In this document: positions 63,266 through 64,000 of the stretch, in pieces | Numbering within the stretch: the first letter of the stretch is position 1 | Layout of the letters: every line of letters starts with the position of its first letter | Assembly: GCA_964057225.1 (NCBI GenBank) | Contig: OZ059900.1 | Coordinates: 24,924,001-24,988,000, forward strand | Direction: 5' to 3' | Length of the DNA stretch: 64,000 nucleotides | Origin: Auanema rhodensis | Lineage: Eukaryota; Animalia; Nematoda | Translations under genes and position numbers: made by a program | Notes under the pieces: model-generated | The model's input: only the letters and a program-made list of their open reading frames with translations | Told to the model about the DNA's origin: nothing | Database searches by the model: none

Positions 63266-64000
63266 GCTAGGTTTCATTGACATTGCATGAGTTTGAACAC
63301 ATGAAATCGTAAGTCAAAACCTTGTTTACAGCGAAATTTCCAAAAACTGGTGTTCCAGCATAATAAAATATTTCTCATGGGAAATACTGTGTTTTTGTAT
63401 TTTTTTAGTGTTCAGCATGTAAAATGCGTCATTTTAGTATGTAAAACGCTGAAATTCGTTGCATTTGACGACTCATATGAACAAAAATCGATTTTATCAA
63501 TATTAGCCATAAGGGGCGTGCCCTCAGAATATGCTAATTTCCTTAATTTTCTAACCCCTGTTTTTTTGTCGTGAAAGTGGAACTAGACGTTGTACGAACA
63601 ATTTTGAGCTAGGTTTCATTGACATTGCATGAGTTTGAACACATGAAATCGTAAGTCAAAACCTTGTTTACAGCGAAATTTCCAAAAACTGGTTTTCCAG
63701 CATAATAAAATATTTCTCATGGGAAATACTGTGTTTTTGTATTTTTCTAGTGTTCAGCATGTAAAATGCTTCATTTTAGTATGTAACACGCTGAAATTCG
63801 TTGCATTTGACGACTCATATGAACAAAAATCGATTTAATCAATATTAGCCATAAGGGGCGTGCCCTCCGAATATGCTAATTTCCTCAATTTTCTAACCCC
63901 TGTTTTTTTGTCGTGAAAGTGGAACTTGACGTTGTACGAACAATTTTGAGCTAGGTTTCATTGACATTGCATGAGTTTGAACACATGAAATCGTAAGTCA
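63266..64000 (+). repeat. Return of domain-B-type monomers
   Basis: M186 has ATGCGTC, GTAAAACG and A230T. M187 has CTCCGAA, CTCAATT and ACTTGAC, a combination otherwise seen only in M82 (27712) and M86 (29081). Confidence 0.85.

Larger units (their letters stand above)
1..64000 (+). repeat. Tandem satellite DNA array, ~342-bp monomer, 187 full copies plus a 51-bp partial copy; extends beyond both window edges; probably (peri)centromeric heterochromatin
   Basis: GCTAGGTTTCATTGACATTGC recurs at 1, 343, 685, 1029, 1371 ... 63608, 63950, always in the same orientation. Copies differ by only a few substitutions or 1-2 bp indels and there is no intervening sequence. The (peri)centromeric location is an inference from monomer size, homogeneity and array length. 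Confidence 0.99.

Noticed and set aside
27139-63574. 24 near-identical 61-74 aa ORFs as a tandem gene family
   Set aside because: They are the satellite read in one frame. About 86% of monomers have an in-frame TAA at codon 40, many have further stops or frameshifts, and starts vary (ATG/GTG). I see no recognisable domain and no synonymous bias.
1-64000. CRISPR array or repeat-spacer cassette system
   Set aside because: There are no unique spacers: the whole 342 bp is repeated. No cas, integrase or recombinase gene is present.
1-64000. One fixed-period higher-order repeat across the window
   Set aside because: Duplication offsets vary (3, 4, 6, 8, 9, 10, 11, 15 and 19 monomers), and each unit is present only 2-4 times.
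1-64000. Hidden insertion, inversion or telomeric repeat within the array
   Set aside because: Monomer starts can be followed continuously at 341-344 bp spacing from 1 to 63950, leaving no room for foreign sequence. A single CTAACCC per monomer is not a telomeric tract.
1-64000. Array is a synthetic or collapsed-assembly artefact
   Set aside because: Structured, position-specific variants and private differences between duplicated blocks argue for real sequence. Individual homopolymer indels and the near-identical blocks still need read validation.

Overview
The whole 64-kb window is one uninterrupted head-to-tail satellite DNA array. It contains 187 complete copies of an AT-rich ~342-bp monomer (consensus ~34% GC by hand count; lengths 341-344 bp) plus a 51-bp partial copy at 63950-64000, all on the same strand. 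I found no gene, RNA gene, transposon, inversion or unique sequence. The 24 ORFs in the track are a by-product: a single A>T variant at monomer position 230 turns an in-frame TAA into TTA in a subset of monomers. Monomers differ by only a few substitutions, and these reveal spatially segregated variant domains (A 1-~27170, B ~27190-42418, C ~42419-63265, B again from 63266). They also reveal nested block duplications of 3-14 monomers and chimeric monomers that localise crossover points. The monomer is rich in short dyad symmetries and phased A/T tracts and may be a degenerate 2 x ~171-bp dimer, which fits a eukaryotic (peri)centromeric satellite. Organism, family and centromere function cannot be established from the sequence alone. 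I see no evidence of a novel coding system; the interest lies in the array architecture and monomer structure. Monomer numbers (M1-M188), monomer positions and variant lists were determined by eye and need confirming by alignment.
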